Shown: positions 27,863 through 37,818, counted from the stretch's first letter. The stretch: 64,000 nt of DNA from Alphaproteobacteria bacterium (GCA_044432975.1 JAWXUC010000002.1:24573-88572), one strand, 5' to 3'. The notes: generated by a model from the letters alone, not told the origin. A program made the numbers and translations.

Positions 27863-30583
27863 ATGGAACTTAACCAAGCAATTAAGTTAGTAAAATCAGG
27901 CGAGTTTAAAGAACTAGCCATTTTTGACTTATGGGAACTTACATCTGTTTTAGAAGCATCTAACTCAACAGATGCTCAAATAGCCCTTCAAGAAGTAAAT
28001 GGAGTTTATTCTCAATCTTATATGAAAGATGAAAACAAAAACTTTGGAGAAATTGTAAAAACAAACATAAAAGCAATAGAAGCTTTAAATTACAACCCAA
28101 TGTCAGATGTTGAAAATAAAGAAGTTCAAAGAATAAACAAAATTTTTAACAATATAGAAATAGAAAACACTCCTGATGCAGATTATGTTTCTCATCAAGA
28201 CTTTAAAGATTTTATGATAGAAGTTTCAGATTTAGAAGCTCAAGAAGTTTTATTAAAAAACAAAAACTTTGCTCAATTAGATAAAACAGAACAAAAAAAG
28301 GCTTATAACAACGCTTTCTTTTCTTCAATACAAGCAAACTTAGTTACTTTGGTTAGCAACACTTTTCGCCCTAAAAACTTGCAAGAGGCAAACGAGCTAT
28401 CAAAAGAAGCTATGTCTGGCTTAGTAAATGCCAACAAAAAATTCAAAGTTACAAATACAAACGCTATTGCTATTATTAACAATGCTTATAAAAGAACAAA
28501 AACCTTTGCAGATAACTTAGCTAAAAAAACAGGCATTTCTTGGTTGGCCCAAAAGGTTAAAGCTTTTGATAAAAAAGCTTCAGAAAAATTCCCAACATCA
28601 TGGGGATTATTAAAAACATTTGGCACATCTTATGGTGCAATGGTATTTGGTGGTCCCGTTGGTATTGCAGCTTTAAGTGGATACAATTTATACAAAACAA
28701 CCAAAGCTATAAATAAAGAAGCTCAAGCCAACAATAAAAACTTCTTCCAACAAGTATTTAGCAAACCAAGTACTGCAATTTCATTTAGTATTGCAATTGC
28801 AGGTACAGCATTAACAGGTTATTCTGCATTTTCATCTGGCTTTAACTATGGTTTAATAGAAAAAGCTTTTGATGGTAAAGCTATAGAAGGAGTTAAAACT
28901 TTAGGAGCTAATTTAAGCACATTTAACTTTGATGCATTAAAAAACACAGATTTTTGGAAAAGAACTGCAGTAATGTCTTCAGGTTCATTAGCTGTTATTT
29001 CAGAAGAAGTTTATGGAGCATTAAATACTAAAGATAAAAAAGAAAGAAAAGCTAGATGGAAAAAAGTACAAGCTGTTGCCTTAACATCTATAGCAGGTAT
29101 TGGACTTGGTGCAACAACAAACGCCTTAATGTCAGAAGCAACCGTTGCTACAAATACAGACACAAATACAGATATTAATACAGACACAAAGCAACCTGCA
29201 ACCCCAGAACCTGTTGCAACAACTGAATTAAATACAGAAAGAAAATTCAACTTCTTCGATAAATTTATTTCTGGAGATAATAATAACAATTCTCAAGAAT
29301 TCAAAGTTGTTGCAGATAACACTCAAGATACAACTCAAACCACAGAACCTGTTGCAACAACTGAATTAAATACAGAAAGAAAATTCAGCTTCTTCGATAA
29401 ATTTATTTCTGGAGATAATAATAACAATTCTCAAGAATTCAAAATTGTTGCAGATGATGTTCAAAATACAAATCAAACATCAGATGTTGTTACAACAGAA
29501 GCATCTCAAGATGTTTCAGATTTCATTAAAGACACACACAGAAGCTATAGTGCAGATGAATTTAGAGACAGCCATAGAATTATGAACATGTGGGTTGAAA
29601 AAGACAACTTAAACTCTGTAATAAGCAACTTGCAAGAAGCCGGCTTAACAGAAGCTGAAGCATATAGATATGCTCACAATGCAGCTATTTGTGGTTCTCA
29701 AACAACAGATAGCATTTCACAAGCAGCTCCTAGTTATGAAGGCGAATTTGATGCAAGCAGACAAACTTGTGGCAGAACAGCTTCTAACGGATATCACACA
29801 TTATGGGGTGGCAAAGCCCTTGTTGATGCTGGTTTAACATTAGATGCCAGAAACACATTAGCAGGATCTGTTAACTTCCATACAGGTGAGGTTATTATCT
29901 CTCAAGAAGCTATGACAGCTTTTAGAGACTTTGACGCCAGATTAATTGACAATGGTGTTATTGACACAGGCGCATTAGTTAATGCCAACGCAAGTGATTG
30001 CAACCATTTATCAGGAAACACTCGTATAAATGAACATGGTCAATCTGTTTTAGGCAGCAATGGTGGAAACCGTTTTTCATCTTATGCCACAACAGATGTT
30101 AAACCAACACCAGTAGCAACTCCAGAACCTGTTATAGTTCCTGAAAAAGTTGTTGAACCAGTTGTAATACCAAAGCCAATAATTAATGAGCCAATTGTTT
30201 TTCCAGAAAGACTTGTAATTCCAGAACCTATTATAATTCCAGATCCTGTTGTTGCTCCAGAACCTATTATAACTCCAGATCCTGTAGTTGAACCAAGAGC
30301 TAACAGCGGACACTATGACAACTATGAAGATTTGTTAAGACAAGTAGGCATAGATCCCGCAACAGAAACTCCACTTGATTCAACAGAATTAAAAGATATC
30401 TTAAATTCAAATGGTGGACACTCAAGTGATTTGAACTCATTAAATTCTACAGAAAACACTCAATCAAATCATTATGATAGCAAACAAGATTTGTTAGAAC
30501 AAATGAACATAGAGCCTGCTGAAGAAGAAAAACCATTAACAGCAAGACAATTAAGAAGAATGTTAAGACAATCTTCAAGATAA
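27863..30583 (+). CDS. large repeat-containing hypothetical protein; putative secreted or effector protein
   Basis: About 906 aa from the RBS-supported ATG; the track ORF begins at 27800. Four Gly/Ala-rich hydrophobic segments. A 46-aa tandem duplication (TEPVATTELNTERKF[NS]FFDKFISGDNNNNSQEFK). A Pro-rich PEPV/PDPV region. No signal peptide. Confidence 0.5.
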   Translation: MELNQAIKLVKSGEFKELAIFDLWELTSVLEASNSTDAQIALQEVNGVYSQSYMKDENKNFGEIVKTNIKAIEALNYNPMSDVENKEVQRINKIFNNIEIENTPDADYVSHQDFKDFMIEVSDLEAQEVLLKNKNFAQLDKTEQKKAYNNAFFSSIQANLVTLVSNTFRPKNLQEANELSKEAMSGLVNANKKFKVTNTNAIAIINNAYKRTKTFADNLAKKTGISWLAQKVKAFDKKASEKFPTSWGLLKTFGTSYGAMVFGGPVGIAALSGYNLYKTTKAINKEAQANNKNFFQQVFSKPSTAISFSIAIAGTALTGYSAFSSGFNYGLIEKAFDGKAIEGVKTLGANLSTFNFDALKNTDFWKRTAVMSSGSLAVISEEVYGALNTKDKKERKARWKKVQAVALTSIAGIGLGATTNALMSEATVATNTDTNTDINTDTKQPATPEPVATTELNTERKFNFFDKFISGDNNNNSQEFKVVADNTQDTTQTTEPVATTELNTERKFSFFDKFISGDNNNNSQEFKIVADDVQNTNQTSDVVTTEASQDVSDFIKDTHRSYSADEFRDSHRIMNMWVEKDNLNSVISNLQEAGLTEAEAYRYAHNAAICGSQTTDSISQAAPSYEGEFDASRQTCGRTASNGYHTLWGGKALVDAGLTLDARNTLAGSVNFHTGEVIISQEAMTAFRDFDARLIDNGVIDTGALVNANASDCNHLSGNTRINEHGQSVLGSNGGNRFSSYATTDVKPTPVATPEPVIVPEKVVEPVVIPKPIINEPIVFPERLVIPEPIIIPDPVVAPEPIITPDPVVEPRANSGHYDNYEDLLRQVGIDPATETPLDSTELKDILNSNGGHSSDLNSLNSTENTQSNHYDSKQDLLEQMNIEPAEEEKPLTARQLRRMLRQSSR
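29207..29454 (+). repeat. intragenic tandem duplication (about 110 bp near-identical, 138-bp period, 2 copies)
   Basis: gaacctgttgcaacaactgaattaaatacagaaagaaaattca… repeated at 29207 and 29345. Confidence 0.7.
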
Positions 30584-30587
30584 CAAA

Positions 30588-30616
30588 GTAGGGGACGCAT
30601 TTTTCTGCGCCCCTTA
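30588..30616. repeat. GTAGGGGACG-headed hairpin (REP-like) 3' of the large gene; possible terminator
   Basis: gtaggggacgcatttttctgcgcccctta. Confidence 0.5.
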
Positions 30617-30630
30617 TTACTATAGCTATA

Positions 30631-30822
30631 CCAAACGTCATTGCGAGCGAAGCGTGGCAATCCAGTTAAACAATACATTCGTATAAAAAAACAGGTGTTT
30701 TTTTTTACACTTTTCAATGTAGAACGGGGCCGGGGGCGACGTTTCGCCCTTGCTCCCGCCTCAAAGCACTACAAAAGGAGGCACCCCAAACGTCATTGCG
30801 AGCGAAGCGTGGCAATCCAGTT
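30631..30822. repeat. two direct copies of a 40-bp RPE-like palindromic element flanking a GC-rich spacer
   Basis: ccaaacgtcattgcgagcgaagcgtggcaatccagttaaa at 30631 and again at 30784. The spacer between them is GC-rich (gggccgggggcgacgtttcgcccttgctcccgcc). Confidence 0.7.
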
Positions 30823-30834
30823 AAATAACAAAAC

Positions 30835-31938
30835 TTACACATTAAATAAGAAATGCATTATATCGCCATCTTTAACGACATATTCTTTTCCTTCAGAACG
30901 CAACTTACCTTTTTCTTTACAAGCTTGTTCAGAGCCAAGCTCAACCAAATCTTCATAAGCAATCGTTTCTGCCCTAATAAATCCGCGTTCAAAATCAGAG
31001 TGAATAACACCAGCGCATTGCGGAGCCTTAAAGCCATCTAAAAATGTCCAAGCACGCACTTCGATATCACCAACAGTAAAATATGTCTTTAAGCCTAAAA
31101 GAGCATATCCCGCTTTAATAATTTTAGAAAGTCCAGTTTCTGTTAAATCCAACTCTGCCAAAAACATTTCTTTATCTTCTTTATCTAAAAGGGCAATTTC
31201 AGATTCTATTGCAGCAGAAATAACAACAGCTTTTGCACCTTCAGCCTCTGCTTTTTCAAAAACTTTTGCGGAGAATGCATTTCCGTCTTTAGCACTAGCT
31301 TCATCAACATTACAAACATATAACACAGGTTTTCCTGTTAAAAGAGCCAGTTGTTTATATATTTTCAACGCATCTTTATCTGTAGGCATTACCACTCTAG
31401 CTGGTTTTCCTTCTTGAAGCGCCTTTAATACGGGTTCAATAACCTCGCATTTTGCCTGAGCTTCTTTATCTTGCCCAGCTTTTGCCTTTTTTTGAGCTTG
31501 ATTATATTGTTTTTCTAAGCTTTCTAAGTCTGCAATCATCAACTCTGTCTCAACAATTTCGGCATCTCTGATTGGGTCAACTGATCCTTCAACGTGAGTG
31601 ATGTTACCGTCTTCAAAGCAACGAAGAACATGAATAATTGCATCTGTCTCTCTGATGTTTGCCAAAAACTGATTACCCAAACCTTCGCCTTTTGAAGCGC
31701 CTTTAACAAGCCCTGCAATATCAACAAACTCTAGCTGAGTAGGGACAGTTTGTTTAGGTTTCACAAGTTTTGTAAGCATATCAAGACGTTCATCAGGCAC
31801 CAAAACAGAACCAGAATTAGGCTCGATAGTACAAAACGGATAATTTGCTGCCTGAGCAGAAATAGTTTGAGTTAAAGCATTAAAAAGTGTTGATTTTCCA
31901 ACATTTGGAAGTCCAACAATACCACAATTAAATCCCAT
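30835..31938 (-). CDS. ychF: ribosome-binding ATPase YchF
   Basis: MGFNCGIVGLPNVGKSTLFNALT G1 motif, 367 aa, TGS domain C-terminus. Confidence 0.85.
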   Translation of the reverse strand: MGFNCGIVGLPNVGKSTLFNALTQTISAQAANYPFCTIEPNSGSVLVPDERLDMLTKLVKPKQTVPTQLEFVDIAGLVKGASKGEGLGNQFLANIRETDAIIHVLRCFEDGNITHVEGSVDPIRDAEIVETELMIADLESLEKQYNQAQKKAKAGQDKEAQAKCEVIEPVLKALQEGKPARVVMPTDKDALKIYKQLALLTGKPVLYVCNVDEASAKDGNAFSAKVFEKAEAEGAKAVVISAAIESEIALLDKEDKEMFLAELDLTETGLSKIIKAGYALLGLKTYFTVGDIEVRAWTFLDGFKAPQCAGVIHSDFERGFIRAETIAYEDLVELGSEQACKEKGKLRSEGKEYVVKDGDIMHFLFNV

Positions 31939-32061
31939 GAATTTATTCCTTATATTTTAGTTTAAGCTGAAATTAATATAATTATATATAACTGTCAATA
32001 AACATTTGACATTTTCATTTCATCGGATAATCTTATAAAAAATATTTTTTAAGGATAAAAA

Positions 32062-32499
32062 ATGAAAACATATTATATCGTTAGTGGTGGCTTTGACCCA
32101 ATCCATGAAGGGCACATAGCCATGATATTAGAGTCGGCTCAAAAATCAGATGGTGTTATTGTGTTGGTTAACTCCGATGATTGGCTAGCTCGCAAAAAAG
32201 GAAAAGGTTTTCAAACATACAAGACCAGAAGTTGTATCTGTTCTGCCTTAAAAGGTGTTATTGATGTTATAGATTTTGATGATTTTGACAATTCAGCCTC
32301 TGATGGCATAAGAAAGGCAAGAGAAAAATATCCTGATGCCAAATTAGTTTTTGCCAACGGTGGCGATAGAGGCAAAGACAATATCAGAGAAGATGATGTT
32401 TGCAAAGAATGTAATGTATCTTTAGAATTTGGTGTTGGCGGAGATTTCAAAGCCAATTCATCATCTTGGATATTAAAAGAATGGTACAAGGAAGACTAA
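32062..32499 (+). CDS. cytidylyltransferase-like nucleotidyltransferase; probably D-beta-D-heptose-1-phosphate adenylyltransferase (HldE domain II-like)
   Basis: VSGGFDPIHEGHIAMI (HxGH) and the blocks VIVLVNSDDWLARKKGKG and VFANGGDRGKDNI parallel RfaE/HldE domain II. Confidence 0.6.
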   Translation: MKTYYIVSGGFDPIHEGHIAMILESAQKSDGVIVLVNSDDWLARKKGKGFQTYKTRSCICSALKGVIDVIDFDDFDNSASDGIRKAREKYPDAKLVFANGGDRGKDNIREDDVCKECNVSLEFGVGGDFKANSSSWILKEWYKED

Positions 32500-33701
32500 T
32501 GCCTATAAAACTACTTTTTGACATGGAACAATTATCAATAGCTGGCACCAAAGGTACTGGTGTCGTTAGGATTGCAAAAGAATTGCTTTTTAAATTAGCT
32601 AACAATCCAGATATTGACTTATATCCTCTTGTTACCACAAAACGTGGCGATGTTATAAAATATTTAGAATATGCAAATTTGACTAATTTAAAAGACAAGA
32701 TTGTCTATATGACAAAGCTAAAAAACACTACAAAATCTACAAGTATCAAAAAAAGAATAAAGTCAAAAATCAGTAGCTTTATAAACTTTAATAAATACAA
32801 CAAACAATTATCAAATTTTGATGCTTATTTTTCTATTTTCAGTCCAATTTCGCCAATTGTTTATAAAAGCAATATAAAAACTTATATGTTTATACATGAT
32901 TTAATTCCTATTTTTCATCCAGAATTTTGCGATGCAAAATTTGTAACTAAATATACATCTAGGATGAAAGATATTGATGCAGACACAATCTTTTGCAATT
33001 CAGAATATACCAAGCAAGATTTATTAAAATTTCGCCCAGATTTAATTTCAAAAAACATAGACGTTGCTTATTTGGCTGCAGATGAGAAGTTTCAGCCAAT
33101 TACAGATGTTAAAACCTTAAAAAATGTAAAAGAAAAATATAATATAAAAACCGATAAATATTTTTTAGGTGTTTCTGAGCTTTCAACCAGAAAAAACTTT
33201 ATACACCTATTGCAATCATACATTAACTTTTTAAGAAAAACAAAAGCAGAAGATATCTCTTTGGTTTTGGTAGGGCCAATCAGAAAAGGCTTTAAAGATA
33301 TAACAAAAGCTATTAATAACTTTGAAGAATACAAAGAAAAAATAATTTGCACAGGCTTTGCCGATGACCAAGACATGGCACCTTTATATTCAGGAGCTTT
33401 AGCCTTTTGTTACCCAAGCTTATATGAAGGTTTTGGCTTACCAATATTAGAAGCAATGCAATGCGAAACACCTGTTATCTCTGCAGACAACAGCTCTCTA
33501 CCTGAAGTAGGCGGCGATGCAGTTATCTATATAACAGGAAAAGACGAAGAAGAAACCTCAACCAAACTAACAGAAATCTACACCAACAAAAACTTAAGAG
33601 AAAACCTATCAAAAAAATCCCAAACCCAATCCCAAAACTTCAGCTGGGATAAATTCAACAATCAAATTTGTAATGTTATGATAAAGGAAATAAAAAAATG
33701 A
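32499..33701 (+). CDS. glycosyltransferase family 1 (GT4-type)
   Basis: EGFGLPILEAMQCETPVIS (the EX7E motif). Start set at the ATG at 32499, which has a TAATG overlap with the upstream gene; the track ORF begins at 32466. Confidence 0.7.
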   Translation: MPIKLLFDMEQLSIAGTKGTGVVRIAKELLFKLANNPDIDLYPLVTTKRGDVIKYLEYANLTNLKDKIVYMTKLKNTTKSTSIKKRIKSKISSFINFNKYNKQLSNFDAYFSIFSPISPIVYKSNIKTYMFIHDLIPIFHPEFCDAKFVTKYTSRMKDIDADTIFCNSEYTKQDLLKFRPDLISKNIDVAYLAADEKFQPITDVKTLKNVKEKYNIKTDKYFLGVSELSTRKNFIHLLQSYINFLRKTKAEDISLVLVGPIRKGFKDITKAINNFEEYKEKIICTGFADDQDMAPLYSGALAFCYPSLYEGFGLPILEAMQCETPVISADNSSLPEVGGDAVIYITGKDEEETSTKLTEIYTNKNLRENLSKKSQTQSQNFSWDKFNNQICNVMIKEIKK

Positions 33702-34675
33702 AAACACCAATTTTATTTTTAACATGGATAAGACCAGATGTTACAGCAGAAGTTTTTTCTCAAATCAGAAAAGCAAAACCTGAAAGACTATATATTGCAC
33801 AAGATGGACCGAGGTGCGAAGAAGAAAGAACTTTAATGATGCAAACAAGAGATGTTATTAAAGTTGATTGGGATTGTGAAGTTAAATACCTTCATAGAGA
33901 AGAAAATTTAGGCTGCAAAAGAGGTGTTAGTGAAGCTATAACATGGTTTTTTGAACAAGAAGAAATGGGAATTATTTTAGAAGATGATTGCTATCCCGAC
34001 ATGTCATTTTTTCCATTTTGCGAAGAACTTTTAGAAAAATATAAAGATGATACAAGAGTTATGCATATTTGTGGAAGACCAGATATAAAATATTTCAACA
34101 AAAGAGATATTAGTGAACGCAGTTATTATTATACTAAAATATTAGGTTGCTGGGGTTGGGCTTCATGGCGAAGAGCTTGGCAATATTTTGATATAAATAT
34201 GTCAAATTTTAATGATTTTGTAAAAGAGAGTGCTATTGATAAGTTTTTACCTTGCGATCCAAATATAAATCGTTATTTGGAAATATTTAAATCACATTCC
34301 ACTGGAAAAGAAAAAGGCTGGGCATGGATTTATGCTTATAGCTTACTTTGTCAAAATGCTTTATGTATAAGATCCTCTAAAGTTTTAATTAACAACATAG
34401 GTGTAAACCATGAAATTTCAACACATAAACATTCAGGTGCTGCTGACGTTATTTACAAAAAAGAAGTTGCAGAATTTCCTTTAATTCACCCAAATTTCAT
34501 GGTTGCTGAAAATTACATCAACCAAAAAGAACTAAATAAAAAAACTTTATTAAAAAAAGAGGTGTTATCAAATGGACGGGTTAAATTTTATTTATTTGGT
34601 AAAAGGATTTACTCATACAAAACAAAAAACACTAAAATATTAAATCAAAAAATAGAGCTTATTAATTTAGATTAA
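33698..34675 (+). CDS. putative glycosyltransferase (GT-A-like); ends with the cluster's recurrent YLFGxxI.SYK motif
   Basis: ATGA overlap with the upstream GT. An ILEDDCYP acidic motif. C-terminal …NGRVKFYLFGKRIYSYKTKNTK. Confidence 0.35.
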   Translation: MKTPILFLTWIRPDVTAEVFSQIRKAKPERLYIAQDGPRCEEERTLMMQTRDVIKVDWDCEVKYLHREENLGCKRGVSEAITWFFEQEEMGIILEDDCYPDMSFFPFCEELLEKYKDDTRVMHICGRPDIKYFNKRDISERSYYYTKILGCWGWASWRRAWQYFDINMSNFNDFVKESAIDKFLPCDPNINRYLEIFKSHSTGKEKGWAWIYAYSLLCQNALCIRSSKVLINNIGVNHEISTHKHSGAADVIYKKEVAEFPLIHPNFMVAENYINQKELNKKTLLKKEVLSNGRVKFYLFGKRIYSYKTKNTKILNQKIELINLD

Positions 34676-34688
34676 TAAAGGAAGTAAA

Positions 34689-35567
34689 ATGTTAGACAAT
34701 AAAAAAATTATAGTTTCTTTAACATCATATCCAGCAAGAATAAAAACAGTGCACAAAACAATAGAAACACTACTTGCACAGTCTCAAAAAGCAGATATGA
34801 TTATATTAAACTTAGGAGAAGATAAATTTATCAATAAAGAAGATGATTTACCTTCAGAATTGGTTAAATTAACAACACAAGGATTAACTATTAATTGGTG
34901 TAAGGATATTGGACCTTTTACAAAATTAATTCCAACATTAAAAAAATATCCTAAAGCTGTTATAATAACAGCTGATGATGATATTCTTTATAATAAAAAC
35001 TGGTTAAAAAAATTATACAACTCTTACTTAAAAGAACCTAATTTAATTCATTGTCATAGAGCACATCTTGTATTATTTGACAAACAAAATAATATTAGAC
35101 CTTATCAAGAATGGACACATGAACAAACAAAAAGCTCAACATCTTTTAATAATTTTTTAACAGGCGTTGGCGGAGTTTTATATCCTCCAAACTGTTTTTA
35201 TAAAGATATTTTTAAAGAAGATATTTTTATGCAACTAACCCCAAATGCTGATGATATTTGGTTTTGGGCTATGGCACTTTTAAATGACACAAAAATAAAA
35301 ATAATTAAAAATAAAATCATAAAATTAAAATACATCAAAAATTCACAAAAAATATCCTTATACCACCAAAACCTATTGCAAAACAAAAATGACGCTAAAC
35401 TACAAGCTGTAATTAATTATTACCCCCAAATAAAAGATAAACTAGAGATAATAACAAAAGTTAATAAGAAAATAAAACTTTTCAAAAAAGAAAAATCACC
35501 AAACGGTGGGGGAGTATTTTATTTATTCGGAATAAAAATTTTAAGCTATAAAAAAAGGGGAAACTAA
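34689..35567 (+). CDS. putative glycosyltransferase; C-terminal recurrent motif
   Basis: N-terminal IVSLTSYPARI and ADDDI. C-terminal …KSPNGGGVFYLFGIKILSYKKRGN. Confidence 0.4.
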   Translation: MLDNKKIIVSLTSYPARIKTVHKTIETLLAQSQKADMIILNLGEDKFINKEDDLPSELVKLTTQGLTINWCKDIGPFTKLIPTLKKYPKAVIITADDDILYNKNWLKKLYNSYLKEPNLIHCHRAHLVLFDKQNNIRPYQEWTHEQTKSSTSFNNFLTGVGGVLYPPNCFYKDIFKEDIFMQLTPNADDIWFWAMALLNDTKIKIIKNKIIKLKYIKNSQKISLYHQNLLQNKNDAKLQAVINYYPQIKDKLEIITKVNKKIKLFKKEKSPNGGGVFYLFGIKILSYKKRGN

Positions 35568-36347
35568 ATGAAAATATTCAAAAAAATAAAATCAGCAAAC
35601 GGCAGAAGAAAAATTTATTTATTAGGAATAAAAATTTTAAGCTATAAAAATAAAAAAAATATTAAATTTTGTCCTATTTGTAATAATGAAAATACATTTA
35701 ATGGATTTGGCACAGTCTTAAGAAAAGATGCTATGTGTCCTGTATGTCGTTCATTGGAACGACATAGATTTTTATTTTTTATATATAATTTATTTTTCTT
35801 GCAAACTACAAGAAAAATAAAGGTGTTACATATTGCACCTGAAAAAGCAATATATGATATGATAATAAAGAATTCTAATATAGAATATCATCATATTGAT
35901 ATAGATCCATCTCAATACCCATATGCTTTGGGATGCAAACAAATGAATGCTTTAAATTTACAATTTAAAGATGAAACTTTTGATTTTATTATTCACAACC
36001 AAGTTATCGAACATATTGTTGATGAACAAAAATTTATTAATGAACAATTAAGAGTGTTAAAAGATAATGGTAAAATAATTGTAAATCTTCCATATAAAAG
36101 TGATTTGGAAAAAACTTTTCAAGATGATAACATAAAAACTGATGAAGATAGATTGAAATATTATTTACAAAAAGATCACGTTAGACTTTATGGACTTAAT
36201 ATGTTAGAAAACTTAAAAGGTGTAAATATAGAGAGAATTTTTGAAGACTTTATGACTACAAAATTAATTAATGAAATGCAATTAAAAAGAAATTTTATAG
36301 ATTTAGAAGATGCATATTTTTTAATCACAAAAAAAGAAAGGAAATAA
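35568..36347 (+). CDS. class I SAM-dependent methyltransferase with an N-terminal recurrent motif
   Basis: N-terminal MKIFKKIKSANGRRKIYLLGIKILSYKNKK. The methyltransferase core …FDFIIHNQVIEHIVD… is homologous to the C-terminal domain of 36349-37818. Confidence 0.6.
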   Translation: MKIFKKIKSANGRRKIYLLGIKILSYKNKKNIKFCPICNNENTFNGFGTVLRKDAMCPVCRSLERHRFLFFIYNLFFLQTTRKIKVLHIAPEKAIYDMIIKNSNIEYHHIDIDPSQYPYALGCKQMNALNLQFKDETFDFIIHNQVIEHIVDEQKFINEQLRVLKDNGKIIVNLPYKSDLEKTFQDDNIKTDEDRLKYYLQKDHVRLYGLNMLENLKGVNIERIFEDFMTTKLINEMQLKRNFIDLEDAYFLITKKERK

Positions 36348-36348
36348 A

Positions 36349-37818
36349 ATGAAAATAAGTTTAATTATACCTGTTTACAATGCATTAGAGGATGTAAAAA
36401 AATGCTTAAATAGTATATGTGAAAACTATAATAAATCTTATGAATTTATTATAGTTGACGACTCTTCTGATAACATAACTAGTGACTATCTCAAAAATTT
36501 TGCAAAAGAAAATAATTTTGTAAAATTATACAGAAATAAAGAAAATCTTGGTTTTGTTAAGACATGTAATTTTGCAATTAATAAAGCAAAAGGAGATATT
36601 GTTGTTTTATTAAATTCAGACACAATTATACCTTCAATGTTTGCAGAAAAAATTATAGATGCTTTTAATAAAAATGAAAAAGCAGGAATTGCATGTCCTA
36701 TTCCTAGTAGTAGTGGTCATTTTAGTTTAGAAATGCCTAAAAATTTTACTGTAGAGAAAATGAATAAATTAATTAACAAAAGACATACTCAATACCCCAA
36801 ACTTCCTTCATGCAATGGGTTTTGTTTTTGTATTAAACGAGAAGTTATTAACTCTATTGGTTACTTAGATGAGATCTATGGAAAAGGTTATGGGGAAGAA
36901 ATTGATTATTCATATAAAGCAATAGTTAATAAATTTGATTGTATCCTAATAGATAATTTATATGTTTTTCATAAAAGACATGCTTCTTTTGGAAATCAAA
37001 GAGATAAATTAAGCTTAAAAGGTAGCGAAATATTAAGAGAACATTGGGGAGATTTCTCTGAAGAATGGATAAAAGAAAATAAATATGTTAATCCAGTTTC
37101 TAAAATTGAGAAAAAAATATTCATTTCAAGAAAAACGTTTTTAACAAAAATAAAAAAAGAAAATGGTAGAAGAATAATTTATTTATTTGGAATTAAAATA
37201 TTAAGCTATAAGAAAAAAGTTAAACCCAAAAAGTATATTCCTTTAATAAAAAAAGAAGGCAAAAGATGGTTGGAAATTGGTCCTGGAAATGAAAGAATAG
37301 AAGGATTTGAAGGCTTAAACATTGTTAAAAACAATGCAACTGATTATATTGCCGATGTTGCAAAAGATGGAATTCCTTTTATAAATGAAAGTTTTGATTT
37401 AGTTTATTCATCTCATTTTCTTGAACATATAGAATGGTATAAAACTAAAGATGTTATTATAGAGATGTATAGAGTATTAAAAAAAGGTGGACATGTAGAA
37501 ATTCACGTTCCTGATGGATTAAAAATAGCAAAAGCTTTTGTTGATGCTGAAATGAAAAATTCTAAAGATTTTCATAAAGATAATTGGTGGAAATTTAATG
37601 ATGACAAAGATCCTTGCATTTGGGCAAGTGGTAAAACTTTTACATATGGAGATGGGAATGTAATTAAAGGACATTGGAATTCTCATTTAGCAATGTTTTC
37701 TTATAGATATTTAGAAAAACTATTAAAAGAAATTGGTTTTAAAAACATTAAGAAGTTAGACAAACCAAGAGGACATAACCACGGCTGGATTAACTTAGGA
37801 ATTAGCGGTGAAAAATAA
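36349..37818 (+). CDS. bifunctional GT2 glycosyltransferase / methyltransferase fusion, joined through the recurrent motif
   Basis: N-terminal GT2 domain (ISLIIPVYNALEDV…IIVDDSSDN). Linker …KENGRRIIYLFGIKILSYKKKV…. C-terminal methyltransferase (…FDLVYSSHFLEHIEW…). Confidence 0.65.
   Translation: MKISLIIPVYNALEDVKKCLNSICENYNKSYEFIIVDDSSDNITSDYLKNFAKENNFVKLYRNKENLGFVKTCNFAINKAKGDIVVLLNSDTIIPSMFAEKIIDAFNKNEKAGIACPIPSSSGHFSLEMPKNFTVEKMNKLINKRHTQYPKLPSCNGFCFCIKREVINSIGYLDEIYGKGYGEEIDYSYKAIVNKFDCILIDNLYVFHKRHASFGNQRDKLSLKGSEILREHWGDFSEEWIKENKYVNPVSKIEKKIFISRKTFLTKIKKENGRRIIYLFGIKILSYKKKVKPKKYIPLIKKEGKRWLEIGPGNERIEGFEGLNIVKNNATDYIADVAKDGIPFINESFDLVYSSHFLEHIEWYKTKDVIIEMYRVLKKGGHVEIHVPDGLKIAKAFVDAEMKNSKDFHKDNWWKFNDDKDPCIWASGKTFTYGDGNVIKGHWNSHLAMFSYRYLEKLLKEIGFKNIKKLDKPRGHNHGWINLGISGEK

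Noticed and set aside
30641-30958. Track ORF of 105 aa on the plus strand beginning MRAKRGNPVKQ… (also 39425-39781 MRAKRGNPEQH… and 45361-45570).
   Set aside because: These reading frames are created by the RPE-like palindromic element (gtcattgcgagcgaagcg…), which happens to encode MRAKRG. They run through repeat and intergenic DNA and, in the first case, antisense into ychF. They are repeat artefacts, not genes.
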